Positions 1 to 9,602 of a DNA stretch of 64,000 nucleotides are shown here, in pieces. A model generated the notes under the pieces. That model ran no database searches. It was not told where the DNA came from and was given only the letters and a program-made list of their open reading frames with translations. The stretch is from contig OZ242180.1 in assembly GCA_965205485.1 (NCBI GenBank), positions 416,001 to 480,000 of the forward strand, read 5' to 3'. Each line of letters opens with the position of its first letter. The stretch's first letter is position 1. Source of the DNA: Candidatus Latescibacterota bacterium (GTDB lineage: Bacteria; Latescibacterota; UBA2968; GCA-2709665). The position numbers and the translations under genes are program-made.

Positions 1-320
1 CGCCGTGTGAGCCCCACGGGAATCTCGGTGATGACATGAGCGCCGTGCCGCGCGGCCGTCGCCGCGATCACGCCGTGGGAGTCCTTGGGTGTCATGCTCA
101 GCACCACTTCTGGTGTGGCCGAAGCGAAGAGAGATCTGATGTCCTGAAAACATGCTGTAGAAGCGCCCGCTGAAGCTTCGGCCAGCGCGCGTTCGTCCCG
201 GTCGCAGATCGCGACCAGTTCATAGTGATCCGTCAACCGGGTGATTGTACTGAGGTACTGACGCGCCCGGGAGCCCGGATCCGCGCCCACACCGATCACC
301 GCAATCCTGAGCTTTTGCAT
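1..320 (-). CDS. Gfo/Idh/MocA family oxidoreductase (partial, runs off window start)
   Basis: Manual translation from ATG at 320: MQKLRIAVIGVG...ELVAICDRD...HGAHVITEIP (Rossmann fold and EKP-like motif); AAAGGA RBS upstream. Confidence 0.8.
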   Translation of the reverse strand, partial: MQKLRIAVIGVGADPGSRARQYLSTITRLTDHYELVAICDRDERALAEASAGASTACFQDIRSLFASATPEVVLSMTPKDSHGVIAATAARHGAHVITEIPVGLTR

Positions 321-360
321 GAGTGCCGTTTCCTTTCAAAGGCCGTTGCCGGCATCCTTC

Positions 361-390
361 AATATACCGACCGGTTTCACGGGGTGTCAA
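361..390 (-). promoter_or_regulatory. Putative sigma70 promoter for the oxidoreductase
   Basis: Minus strand TTGACA-N18-TATATT. Confidence 0.5.
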
Positions 391-520
391 CCCCTTTGCG
401 CCTGAAAGCCGGTCCCTCGTCATGGGCCTCAATCCTCTCCGTTCCCGGTCCGATCTTCCGGCTCATCGTCGAATTGCTGTCTTCCCGGACGTCGGGACAG
501 TGGCATTTTCCCATCCGCGG

Positions 521-549
521 TTGACTTCAATCCCCTAACAGAGTATATT
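521..549 (+). promoter_or_regulatory. Putative sigma70 promoter for the lepA operon
   Basis: TTGACT-N17-TATATT. Confidence 0.55.
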
Positions 550-688
550 CTAACCTTCTATGAGAGGTGTGTAGACGGTTGAATTTTTTGAAGTTGTAAA
601 TATTGTCCTGACACAGAAATATACCGCCCACTTCCGCCGTTTCGTCCCGCCTCGCTACATTGGGCAGACCTCGCAGAAACGCGTTCAT

Positions 689-766
689 TGAGCTTGTCGA
701 AATGCCCGCGTTTCGTAACCTGTGAGGCCCTCTTCAACACCCTTCGCCGACCCTTCGACAAGCTCA
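689..766. repeat. REP-like inverted pair TGAGCTTGTCGAA / TTCGACAAGCTCA
   Basis: 13-bp perfect inverted repeat (689-701, 754-766) in the lepA leader; resembles the widespread CCCTTCGACAAGCTCAGG repeat. Confidence 0.6.
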
Positions 767-831
767 GGGAGCGGCTCAGGTCGCAGTCGCCGGCTCCAGG
801 GATGGGACGTCAGTTACAGCGTTTCCCGTGT

Positions 832-2631
832 ATGAATACCCGGAATATCAGAAACTTCTGCATCATCGCCCATATAGACCACGGCAAATCCACCCTGGCG
901 GACCGCCTCCTGGAAACGACCTCGACCCTCTCTCAAAACGAGATGGTGGACCAGGTCCTGGACGATATGGATCTGGAAAGGGAACGCGGCATCACCATCA
1001 AGTCGCATGCCGTCCGGATGGAGCACGTGCGTCCCGACGGTCGGCGATACATCCTCAACCTCATCGACACGCCTGGGCACGTCGACTTTTCATACGAGGT
1101 TTCCCGGAGCCTGGCCGCGTGTGAAGGCGCTCTCCTCCTGGTAGACGCAGCGCAGGGCGTGGAGGCGCAGACGATCAGCAACGTGCTGCTCGCGCTGGAA
1201 CAGGACCTTGAGATCATCCCGGTTATCAACAAGATCGATCTGCCCAACGTGGACGTGGACAGGGTGGTCCTGCAGATTCACGACCTCCTGGGCGTCGAAG
1301 AGTCCGAAATCCACAAGATAAGCGCCAAAGAGGGCGCGGGCGTGGCGGGTGTGCTGCAGGCGATCATCGAACGGATTCCACCGCCGGAGGGCGACCCCGG
1401 TGCGGCGCTCCAGGCCCTGATTTTCGACTCGATATTCGACCGGTACCGCGGGGCGGTCGCTTCGGTCCGCGTTTTCCAGGGCAGCCTGCAGACCGGCATG
1501 CCCATCCGGTTCTTCTCCACGGGGCGTCAATTCGAGGCCGAGGAAATCGGCGTGCTGCGACTCAAGCGCGTCAAGACGGGCACGCTGCAGGCCGGGGAAG
1601 TCGGTTATCTCATCGCCGGCGTGAAGGACCTGGAAGAGCTCCATATGGGTGACACCGTTACCGGGTGCGACCGGCCGGCCGGCGAACCGTTGCCCGGGTA
1701 CAAGGAAGTGAAGCCGATGGTCTTTTCCGGCGTCTATCCGGTCGACGCGGAAGACTACACCGACCTTCGAACGGCCCTGGAGAAGCTGCGCCTGAACGAC
1801 GCGTCGCTCCGTTTCGAGCCGGAAACATCCACGGCCCTGGGATTCGGCTTCCGCTGCGGCTTCCTGGGCCTGCTTCACATGGAGATCGTGCAGGAGCGCC
1901 TCGCCCGTGAATTTGACATGGACATTATCACCACGGTTCCCAACGTAGAGTATGAAATCCTGCTCACCAACGGGGACGTCGAAGTCGTGCACAATCCCGC
2001 CGAGATGCCCCCGGCCGTACAGATCGAAGAAATCGCGGAACCGGTGCTCAATGCGCAAATTCTGGTTCCGGCGGAATATATCGGCGCGGCCATGCAGGTT
2101 GCCCAGGACCGCCGGGGAATCTATATTACCACCGAGTTCGTGGATCCCGCGCGCGCCCTGCTGCGGTACGAACTCCCCCTTTCCGAAATCGTATTGGACT
2201 TTTACGACCGCCTGAAATCCGTCAGCAGGGGATATGCCTCGTTCGACTACGAATACAGGGAACACCGGGCCGCCGACCTGGTCAAACTCGACCTGCTCAT
2301 CAATGAAGACCCGGTCGACGCGCTGTCCGCTGTCGTCCATCGCGACAAAGCCTACGAATGGGGACGGGCGATCTGTTCCAAGCTCAAGGAACTCATTCCG
2401 CGACAGATGTTCGAGGTTGTCATCCAGGCCGCCATCGGCAGGAAAATCATCTCCAGAACGTCCGTACGTCCCTTCCGCAAGAACGTCACCGCGAAATGTT
2501 ACGGTGGTGATGTGACCAGAAAGCGGAAGCTTCTGGAAAGACAGAGGGAAGGGAAACGGAGGATGAAACAGGTGGGGAACATCGAGATTCCACAGGAGGC
2601 GTTCCTCGCCGTCCTGCGTATGGAAATGTAG
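832..2631 (+). CDS. lepA: Translation elongation factor 4 (LepA)
   Basis: [47 protein letters not shown]; start moved to ATG 832. Confidence 0.98.
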   Translation: MNTRNIRNFCIIAHIDHGKSTLADRLLETTSTLSQNEMVDQVLDDMDLERERGITIKSHAVRMEHVRPDGRRYILNLIDTPGHVDFSYEVSRSLAACEGALLLVDAAQGVEAQTISNVLLALEQDLEIIPVINKIDLPNVDVDRVVLQIHDLLGVEESEIHKISAKEGAGVAGVLQAIIERIPPPEGDPGAALQALIFDSIFDRYRGAVASVRVFQGSLQTGMPIRFFSTGRQFEAEEIGVLRLKRVKTGTLQAGEVGYLIAGVKDLEELHMGDTVTGCDRPAGEPLPGYKEVKPMVFSGVYPVDAEDYTDLRTALEKLRLNDASLRFEPETSTALGFGFRCGFLGLLHMEIVQERLAREFDMDIITTVPNVEYEILLTNGDVEVVHNPAEMPPAVQIEEIAEPVLNAQILVPAEYIGAAMQVAQDRRGIYITTEFVDPARALLRYELPLSEIVLDFYDRLKSVSRGYASFDYEYREHRAADLVKLDLLINEDPVDALSAVVHRDKAYEWGRAICSKLKELIPRQMFEVVIQAAIGRKIISRTSVRPFRKNVTAKCYGGDVTRKRKLLERQREGKRRMKQVGNIEIPQEAFLAVLRMEM

Positions 2632-2668
2632 AGGATACCCGCGGCCCACGAGCCGCTATACCAGACAG

Positions 2669-3430
2669 ATGGCAAAATCCGCACGTCGTACGAGGGCCGG
2701 TAAGAAGGCCCCTCCCCGGAAGGCACGGAAGGGACGCACCCGCAGAGGAAAAAAGTCAGTGGCCAGAGAATACCTCGAAGCCATACTGGTCGCCGTCGCC
2801 CTGGCGCTGTTTCTGCGGACCTTCGTCGTTCAGGCCTTCAGCATTCCCACGGGCTCCATGGAGAACACGCTGCTCATAGGCGACTTTCTGCTGGCAAACA
2901 AGATCGTCTACGGCGCCAGGATTCCCTTTACCAACGCGCGACTCCCCGGTTTCAGGGATCCCGAACCCGGTGATATCGTCATTTTCGAGTATCCGAAGAA
3001 TCCGGAAAGGGACTTTATCAAGCGTGTGGTGGCAGGGCCCGGACAGGAGGTTGAAATCCGCGACAAGATCCTCTACGTCGATGGAAAGCGCACCGTGGAT
3101 CCGCCGCTCTCCAAATACACGGACCCGGTCATCCTGCCCGCTTCGTCTCTCGGGGGGATCCGCGACAACATGCGCCTGTCGAGAGTTCCCGATGGCCACT
3201 ATTTCGTTATGGGAGACAACCGCGACAACAGTGAGGACAGCCGCTACTGGAGCTTTTTGGACAAAAGGCGTATCCGGGCGCAGGCGAATATCATCTACTG
3301 GTCGTGGGCGCCGGACCCCGGGGCGCCGTCGTTCGAAAACATCCTCTCGATTCCCAAGATTGCCGTCTATAACCTGATTCATGGATTCGGGCGCGCAAGG
3401 TGGAGCCGTATCGGACGGATCGTGAAATGA
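2669..3430 (+). CDS. lepB: Signal peptidase I
   Basis: IPTGSMENTL (Ser), FIKRVV (Lys), GDNRDNSEDSRYW; follows lepA. Confidence 0.96.
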   Translation: MAKSARRTRAGKKAPPRKARKGRTRRGKKSVAREYLEAILVAVALALFLRTFVVQAFSIPTGSMENTLLIGDFLLANKIVYGARIPFTNARLPGFRDPEPGDIVIFEYPKNPERDFIKRVVAGPGQEVEIRDKILYVDGKRTVDPPLSKYTDPVILPASSLGGIRDNMRLSRVPDGHYFVMGDNRDNSEDSRYWSFLDKRRIRAQANIIYWSWAPDPGAPSFENILSIPKIAVYNLIHGFGRARWSRIGRIVK

Positions 3431-3463
3431 TGACATTTTGAATCCAGTACTACCTGTTCCCTC

Positions 3464-4639
3464 ATGCCCAGCCTCTACGTCCACATCCCGTTCTGCAAAT
3501 CCAGGTGTCCCTATTGCGACTTCGCATTCGACGTGGGCAAGACGCACATGGCGGACCGATACACGGCGGCAGTCATCCGTGAGTTCCGGACCCGGCTGCC
3601 GGAGATGGGCGACCGCACAGAGTTCGACACGGTCTATTTCGGCGGCGGTACGCCATCGGAGGTTCCGCCGGAGTCGCTGCGTCGAATTCTTGACGCCGCT
3701 CGATCGATGTCACGAATCACGCCCGATGCGGAGATTTCCGCCGAAGCCAATCCCGAGGACCGTTCGCGGTTTGCGGAGATGGCTGCTATGGGCATCAACC
3801 GTCTCAGCCTGGGCGTACAGGCCCTGGACAGCGCTACGCTCCGGGCCCTCGGAAGGCGTCACACGCCCGACGATGCCGGGGACGCCGTGGACGCCGCGCG
3901 CCGGGCCGGCTTCTGCAATCTCAATATCGACCTGATGTTTTCCGCGCCCCGGCAGACGGCATCCGTGTGGAGGGAAACCCTGGACCGGGCTATAGACCTT
4001 TTTCCCGATCACGTCTCCGTTTACGGGCTGACTGTCGAGCCGGGCACCGCATTCGGCCGCAGATTGAAGGGAGGCCGCCTTCCGCTGCCCCCCGAAGACA
4101 CCCAGGCGGAAATGTACGAGGTCGCGCAGGAAAAGCTGAGCGAGGCCGGATTCGTCCAGTACGAAGTCTCGAACTTCGCGCAACCCGGCTTTGCTTGCCG
4201 CCACAATATCGCTTGCTGGGAGAGGCGCGCCTACCTTGGCGTCGGGCTTTCCGCCCATTCCTTCTTCAACAACCGCCGGACCTGGAACATCCGCCCGCTC
4301 ATGGCGTATATAGATAATGTGGAATCCTCCGGTGTCGCCATTGACGGGGAAGAGGTGATCTCCTCACGTGAGAGGCGCCTGGAACAGGTGATGCTCGGTC
4401 TCCGCCGCGCCGACGGCATTCCGGAAGGGCTGTTGGGGGCGGGCCGCAAATCGACCTCTTTCATTCCCGATCACCTACTTGAACGTGGTGACGGGCGTGT
4501 CCGGCTCACCCGCCGCGGACTCCTGCTGGCGGATCTGATCTGTGCGGAACTGGTAAGAAGCTGTTTTAAAATTACCGGTGAGTTCCCGAGCGCGAGCGAA
4601 AAAGTGGCGGTCAAGGCGGGGAGACCCACCCGTATCTGA
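3464..4639 (+). CDS. hemW: Radical SAM heme chaperone HemW (HemN-like)
   Basis: YVHIPFCKSRCPYCDF, YFGGGTPS, YEVSNFA; the last ~27 codons lie inside a MITE. Confidence 0.9.
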   Translation: MPSLYVHIPFCKSRCPYCDFAFDVGKTHMADRYTAAVIREFRTRLPEMGDRTEFDTVYFGGGTPSEVPPESLRRILDAARSMSRITPDAEISAEANPEDRSRFAEMAAMGINRLSLGVQALDSATLRALGRRHTPDDAGDAVDAARRAGFCNLNIDLMFSAPRQTASVWRETLDRAIDLFPDHVSVYGLTVEPGTAFGRRLKGGRLPLPPEDTQAEMYEVAQEKLSEAGFVQYEVSNFAQPGFACRHNIACWERRAYLGVGLSAHSFFNNRRTWNIRPLMAYIDNVESSGVAIDGEEVISSRERRLEQVMLGLRRADGIPEGLLGAGRKSTSFIPDHLLERGDGRVRLTRRGLLLADLICAELVRSCFKITGEFPSASEKVAVKAGRPTRI

Positions 4640-4718
4640 AGACACCGGTGGGTCTTACCAACGCCGACCGGCGCTTTTGCAGCCGCGCGAAGACCGCTGG
4701 GAATTTTAAGACAGCTTC
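4557..4718. mobile_element. MITE family A, copy 1
   Basis: TIRs GAAGCTGTTTTAAAATT / AATTTTAAGACAGCTTC; both arms match the element at 43200-43411 in opposite orientation; flanks TAA/TAT. Confidence 0.8.
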
Positions 4719-4730
4719 TATGGAGACGGA

Positions 4731-5633
4731 ATGGAAATCCGCCTGAGAGCGCCCGGCTCCACCTCCAACCTGGGTCCCGGATTCGACGCGCTCGGCCTTG
4801 CCCTGACCCTCTACAACCGGGTTGTCATTCGAACCCGGTCCGATGACCGTCGCAGGAGGATGTTCATTACCGGAAAGGGCGCCGGGAAACTTCCGCTGGA
4901 CGGATCCAACCTTTTCTTCCGGTCGGCGGACGCGGCCGCTCAACGTGCCGGCCGGTCGCTGCCCGGGCTGGAAGTGGAGATGCACAACGGCATCCCGCTC
5001 TCCCGCGGCCTGGGAAGCAGTTCCACCGCTATCGTAACCGGCGTGTATGCGGCCAACCTGCTCATGGACGAACCCTTTTCCGGTCCCGCCCTTCTCAATC
5101 TCGCTACGGAACTGGAAGGCCATCCCGATAACGTCGCGCCATGCCTCCTGGGAGGCCTCGTCATCTGCTCCTGCGAAAACGGTCTCGTCGAGACGATCCG
5201 GGCCCTGCCGCCTCGGGAACTTCGTGCCGTGGTCGCGGTCCCCCGCTTTGAACTCCAGACGGAAGCCGCGCGAGCAGCCCTTCCGGAACACGTGCCGCAC
5301 AGGGACGCGGTGTTCAACGTGGGCCGCGCGTGCCTGGTGACGGCGGCGCTGATGAGCGGTGAACTGTGCACATTGAAATCCGCGATGCGCGACCGCCTCC
5401 ATCAGCCGTACCGTGCATCGCTCGTGCCCGGAATCGAAGACGTACTCGAAGCCGCGGAAAAAGCGGGAGCCATGGGCGCTTGCCTCAGCGGCGCCGGACC
5501 GACGTTGCTGGCCTTCGCGACCGATGACGCCACGAATATAGCGGGCGCCATGAAGAACGCGTGGGCGCGTCGGAACATGCACGTCGACACTGCCGTCCTG
5601 CGTGTCGATCATGACGGGGTAACCACGGAATGA
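4731..5633 (+). CDS. thrB: Homoserine kinase
   Basis: PGSTSNLGPGFDALG, IPLSRGLGSSS, EGHPDN, DRLHQPYR, SGAGPT. Confidence 0.96.
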   Translation: MEIRLRAPGSTSNLGPGFDALGLALTLYNRVVIRTRSDDRRRRMFITGKGAGKLPLDGSNLFFRSADAAAQRAGRSLPGLEVEMHNGIPLSRGLGSSSTAIVTGVYAANLLMDEPFSGPALLNLATELEGHPDNVAPCLLGGLVICSCENGLVETIRALPPRELRAVVAVPRFELQTEAARAALPEHVPHRDAVFNVGRACLVTAALMSGELCTLKSAMRDRLHQPYRASLVPGIEDVLEAAEKAGAMGACLSGAGPTLLAFATDDATNIAGAMKNAWARRNMHVDTAVLRVDHDGVTTE

Positions 5634-7309
5634 CCGGGTTTTTCTCCTACGGTAAGCCGACTCTTGTCCTGCGTCTGATTGCAATCCTGCTTTCCTTCGG
5701 TCTCGTCTCTGAACCCGTCATGCTGTTCGCGCAATCGGGACCCGGGCGGGAACTGGGCCGGAGGAGGTCCGATCGCAAACCCATCGGCGCAACGCTGCAG
5801 CCGGACGAAATGCAGGGCCTGGACGTGAAGTGGATCGGTAAAATCGCTTACGACGCCATTATCCGCTCCGAACGCTACATTGTCGGTCCAGGCGATACCT
5901 TCAGCATACACATCGAAGCCGGCGAGGAACCGGTGACGCACCCCGTTCTTGTCAATGCGGAAGGCAAACTGGTCATTCCGTACGTCGGCGCAATCCAGTT
6001 GGCGGGGCTCAACCTTGGAGAAAGCCGGAAGAAGATCCAGGAAGCGGTCAGCGAAAGCCTGAACCGGCTCGATATCCAGATCTCGCTCACCCGGCTGCGC
6101 AGTTTTCCGGTCAACGTTGTAGGACAGGTGACCCATCCCGGTACATACATGGTAGAGGGGACCGAACAGGTTTCCGAACTGATCAGCCAGGCGGGCGGGC
6201 TGCTGAAGCCACCGGACGGCAGAGCTTCGCACCGGAATATTCAGATTCAGCGACTTTCCGAAACCGGCAGGCCGATGGAAACGGAACGCAACGCGGACCT
6301 CGCCCTGTGGCGGCTTTCGGGCGATATCGCCCACAACCCCTTCCTGCTGGATGGCGACCAGATCTTCGTGCCGGCGCTCACGGACTCAGTGCGTATCTCA
6401 GGCGCGGTCTTTAAACCCGGGAGCTACGAATTCGTCTCCGGCGATCGTGTTTCCAACCTGATTGCTCTGGCCGGTGGATTGCACGGAGATGCCGCTACCG
6501 CCAGCGCCGGCCTGCTCCGTTCTCTTTTCGCCGAAGGAAGCGAAGAACGGCACGCGATCCGGATTTCGCAGGCGCTGGCCGGCGACCCGGATGCGGACCT
6601 GCCGCTTCGCGCGGGAGACAAACTCCACGTGGCCGTGAAGGAACGGCGGGTCAACCTGGAGGGCGAAGTGTACTTTCCCGGAACCTATTTCATCGGTGCG
6701 GGGATGACGCTGAAAGATCTGATCGGGAAGGCAGGCGGATTCACGTCCAGAGCCTCACTCGCCCAGTCCATCGTAGTCCGCCGCGTGGAGTTTCCGAAAG
6801 GGGTGGCCGGTCCCAGACAGCTGCAGAGCGTTGGTCCCATCAGCCTGACCGACGCCCAGCGGACCTATATGGCCATGCAGAAACAGCAGATGTCGGGGCG
6901 CCTGCCGGTCGATTTCGTCGCTCTTTTCGAGAAAAAGGACGATTCGCAGAACATCCTGCTCAGAGACGGGGATATCGTCAGGATACCCAGGCTCGTACCC
7001 TCGGTTGCGGTCAACGGATACGTCATCACGCCCGGCGCGATTCCCTACGAGCCGGATCTGGGCGTTCAGGACTACATCAGCAGGGCGGGCGGGCTTAACG
7101 AACAGGCAGAAAGAGGCGAGATATACGTGATACAGGGCAGCACCGGCAACTGGACAAAGGCCTCCAGGGTTCAGCAGGTCAATCCCGGGGACACGATTTT
7201 TGTCATGGGCAAGAAACCCGTACACGGCTGGCGGCTCTTCCGCGAGACGCTGGTCGTGCTCTCGCAGGTGGCCGCCCTGGTCATTGCGGTACGGAGCATC
7301 AGTCGTTAA
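5630..7309 (+). CDS. SLBB-domain polysaccharide export protein (KpsD/Wza-like)
   Basis: Signal peptide, Poly_export motif YIVGPGD...GKLVIPYVG, multiple SLBB repeats (V.G.V..PG.Y...LI..AGG). Confidence 0.85.
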   Translation: MTGFFSYGKPTLVLRLIAILLSFGLVSEPVMLFAQSGPGRELGRRRSDRKPIGATLQPDEMQGLDVKWIGKIAYDAIIRSERYIVGPGDTFSIHIEAGEEPVTHPVLVNAEGKLVIPYVGAIQLAGLNLGESRKKIQEAVSESLNRLDIQISLTRLRSFPVNVVGQVTHPGTYMVEGTEQVSELISQAGGLLKPPDGRASHRNIQIQRLSETGRPMETERNADLALWRLSGDIAHNPFLLDGDQIFVPALTDSVRISGAVFKPGSYEFVSGDRVSNLIALAGGLHGDAATASAGLLRSLFAEGSEERHAIRISQALAGDPDADLPLRAGDKLHVAVKERRVNLEGEVYFPGTYFIGAGMTLKDLIGKAGGFTSRASLAQSIVVRRVEFPKGVAGPRQLQSVGPISLTDAQRTYMAMQKQQMSGRLPVDFVALFEKKDDSQNILLRDGDIVRIPRLVPSVAVNGYVITPGAIPYEPDLGVQDYISRAGGLNEQAERGEIYVIQGSTGNWTKASRVQQVNPGDTIFVMGKKPVHGWRLFRETLVVLSQVAALVIAVRSISR

Positions 7310-8508
7310 TGGAACCCGAAAAGAACTTTCTCGACCATCTGGCCGTCCTTGTGCGCTGGCGGCGAATGATACTTGTCACCTGTATCACCGTATCCGTCGT
7401 GACGGCGGGCGTCAGTCTGATCATCACCCCGGTCTACCGAGCAAACGCCGTCCTGTTTCCGCCCAGCGAGAGCCAGGGAACGCTGGGCATCTCCGCCATT
7501 CTCGAAAAACTGCCGGTGGGAATGCTGGGCATGGGGGAAAGCGTCGTTTCGGCTACGGAATTCGTGCCGATCCTGAAAAGCCAGCGCGTGGCCGAAGCCA
7601 TCATCCGCCGATTCAATCTTCAGAAAACGTACGACGCCGAAACCCGGGAGGAACTCCTGCAGATGGTCGACGACCGGCTGGAAGTGGAACTCTCCCGCGA
7701 ACAGTTCCTGACCGTATCCTACGAAGCGGAGTCACCGGAAACGGCCGCCGAGATTACCAATGCCTTCGTCGAAGAGCTCGATCTTGCGTTGAAGCACCGG
7801 CGCGAGCAACAGGCGCGCGACCTCCGCAGCTACCTGGAGAAACGCCTGGCGCAGGCCGAACGCAGCATGATCGAAGCCGAAGTGGCGTATAACGCGTTCC
7901 AGAAGGAACATTCGGCCATCGACATAGAGAGCCAGACCAAGGCGCAGATAGACGCTTACTCCTCCCTCATCACTTCAACGCTGGGCGAGATGTTCATCCG
8001 CCGCGAAATCGCCGCCCTTCAGATGAACCCCGACAACAGCAGGGTCCGGCAGCTCGAGATCGAGATCGAGGGTGCGAGAGAGGCCCTGGACGGCATCCTC
8101 GCGGGGTCGGACACCGACAGCGTAGGGAGCACGGTTCGCGATATGCCCGGCATCATGCTACCGATGGACCGGATCCCGGACCTGGGACTGCAGGCCATGC
8201 GACTGATGCGCGAGATGGAAATCCGAAACCTGATCTATCAGTTCGTACTTCAGGAATACGAAAAAAGCAGTTTTGAAGAGAAAAAGGAAACGTCCCTGGT
8301 CGTGGTTCTGGACCCGGCCGTGCCGCCCGACTTTCGGAGCCGCCCGCGGCGCGCGCTGATGGTTGGCACCGCCGCCGGTCTGAGCCTGCTCCTGAGCATC
8401 CTGGTCGCATTCGTGATGGAGGCCCTGCGAAGTCCCGCTCCGGAAAACCGCAACCGGCTGGAGGCGATCCGCCAGGAACTCAGGCCCCCGAAAACCCGGC
8501 AAGAGTAA
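7309..8508 (+). CDS. Wzz/GumC-type polysaccharide co-polymerase (chain length determinant)
   Basis: N-terminal TM + P.Y.A motif, coiled coil, VLDPAVPP..SRPRR + C-terminal TM; no tyrosine kinase domain. Confidence 0.85.
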   Translation: MEPEKNFLDHLAVLVRWRRMILVTCITVSVVTAGVSLIITPVYRANAVLFPPSESQGTLGISAILEKLPVGMLGMGESVVSATEFVPILKSQRVAEAIIRRFNLQKTYDAETREELLQMVDDRLEVELSREQFLTVSYEAESPETAAEITNAFVEELDLALKHRREQQARDLRSYLEKRLAQAERSMIEAEVAYNAFQKEHSAIDIESQTKAQIDAYSSLITSTLGEMFIRREIAALQMNPDNSRVRQLEIEIEGAREALDGILAGSDTDSVGSTVRDMPGIMLPMDRIPDLGLQAMRLMREMEIRNLIYQFVLQEYEKSSFEEKKETSLVVVLDPAVPPDFRSRPRRALMVGTAAGLSLLLSILVAFVMEALRSPAPENRNRLEAIRQELRPPKTRQE

Positions 8509-8550
8509 ATCCCATCACAAGTTGCCGGTATTCCCCACAAAACTTCTGCC

Positions 8551-9552
8551 ATGTCCCATCGCATACTCACCACCGTCGTTGGAAGCTATCCCGTGCCGGA
8601 CTGGCTTCAATTCTCTCCCTCCCGACAGACGTTGATCGATGCCATTCGTGTCGTGTTGAAAACCCAGGAAGACGCGGGAATAGACGTCGTCGCGGACGGA
8701 GAACTCTACCGGTTCGACGTCAATCATCCTGAAACCAACGGCATGATCGACTATTTCGCTCGAAGACTGGGCGGTATCGCAACCCGGTTCGGACGTGAGG
8801 ACCTGGATGCGTTTCGCTCGGATGCCGGCCTTTCCTATCGTGCGGACCCCGCGGGCATAATCGAGCGCGAACTCGACGAAGGCACGCTCAATCTGCCAGA
8901 GGACTGCCGCATGGTCCGGCCTCTGACGCGGTCCAGGTTGAAATTCACCCTCACCGGACCGCACATGTTCAGCAAGGTCCTTATGGATCGCCACTACGGA
9001 GACCCGGCGGCCGCGGCCCTGGCGCTTGGCGAACTCCTCGCCAGACAGGTTGCCGATATCGACGCGGACGTGATCCAGATCGACGAAGCCAATATCCCCG
9101 GACACCCTGAAGAAGCCGACTGGGCTGCCCGCGCGATAAACACCGTACTGGACGCGGTTCAGGGAGAGAAAGCGGTGCACGTCTGCTTCGGGAATTACGG
9201 CGGCCAGACCGTTCAACGAGGCGCGTGGCAGGACCTGGTCCCGTATCTCGCCGCGTTGAGGGCGGACCATCTCGTCCTTGAATTCAAACGCTGGGGAATC
9301 AAACACGCGGCATGCCTGAAGGACGTTCCCGAGTCCGTTCGGATCGGGATCGGTGTGATCGACATCAAGACCAACGCGGTGGAGACCCCTGACGAAATCG
9401 CATCCGACATCGAAGCCGCGGCGGGCCTCCTCGGGCCGGATCGAATCGCCTGCGTCCATCCCGATTGCGGCTTCTGGATGCTCCAGCGCAGCGTTGCCGA
9501 CCGGAAGATCGAAGCCCTCGTAAGGGGGCGGGACCTCTTCGAAGGGCGTTGA
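8551..9552 (+). CDS. Core (MetE C-terminal-only) methionine synthase family protein
   Basis: TTVVGSYPVP, DGELYR, TGPH, IQIDE, Zn ligands HVC..E..PDCG; 333 aa, no N-terminal folate-binding half. Confidence 0.85.
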   Translation: MSHRILTTVVGSYPVPDWLQFSPSRQTLIDAIRVVLKTQEDAGIDVVADGELYRFDVNHPETNGMIDYFARRLGGIATRFGREDLDAFRSDAGLSYRADPAGIIERELDEGTLNLPEDCRMVRPLTRSRLKFTLTGPHMFSKVLMDRHYGDPAAAALALGELLARQVADIDADVIQIDEANIPGHPEEADWAARAINTVLDAVQGEKAVHVCFGNYGGQTVQRGAWQDLVPYLAALRADHLVLEFKRWGIKHAACLKDVPESVRIGIGVIDIKTNAVETPDEIASDIEAAAGLLGPDRIACVHPDCGFWMLQRSVADRKIEALVRGRDLFEGR

Positions 9553-9602
9553 ACCCGGCGGCCTTTTTGCTGAACCAATTCACTGTCGCCCGAATCCAGT
9601 CT

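Noticed and set aside
688..831. 48-aa N-terminal extension of LepA in the ORF track
   Set aside because: It runs through a REP-like repeat; family homology starts at ATG 832
1090..2649. 519-aa antisense ORF over lepA (likewise 19405-21690, 22629-23972, 31833-33515, 36326-37669, 49190-50650)
   Set aside because: Shadow ORFs expected from GC-rich codon bias opposite well-supported genes; no motifs
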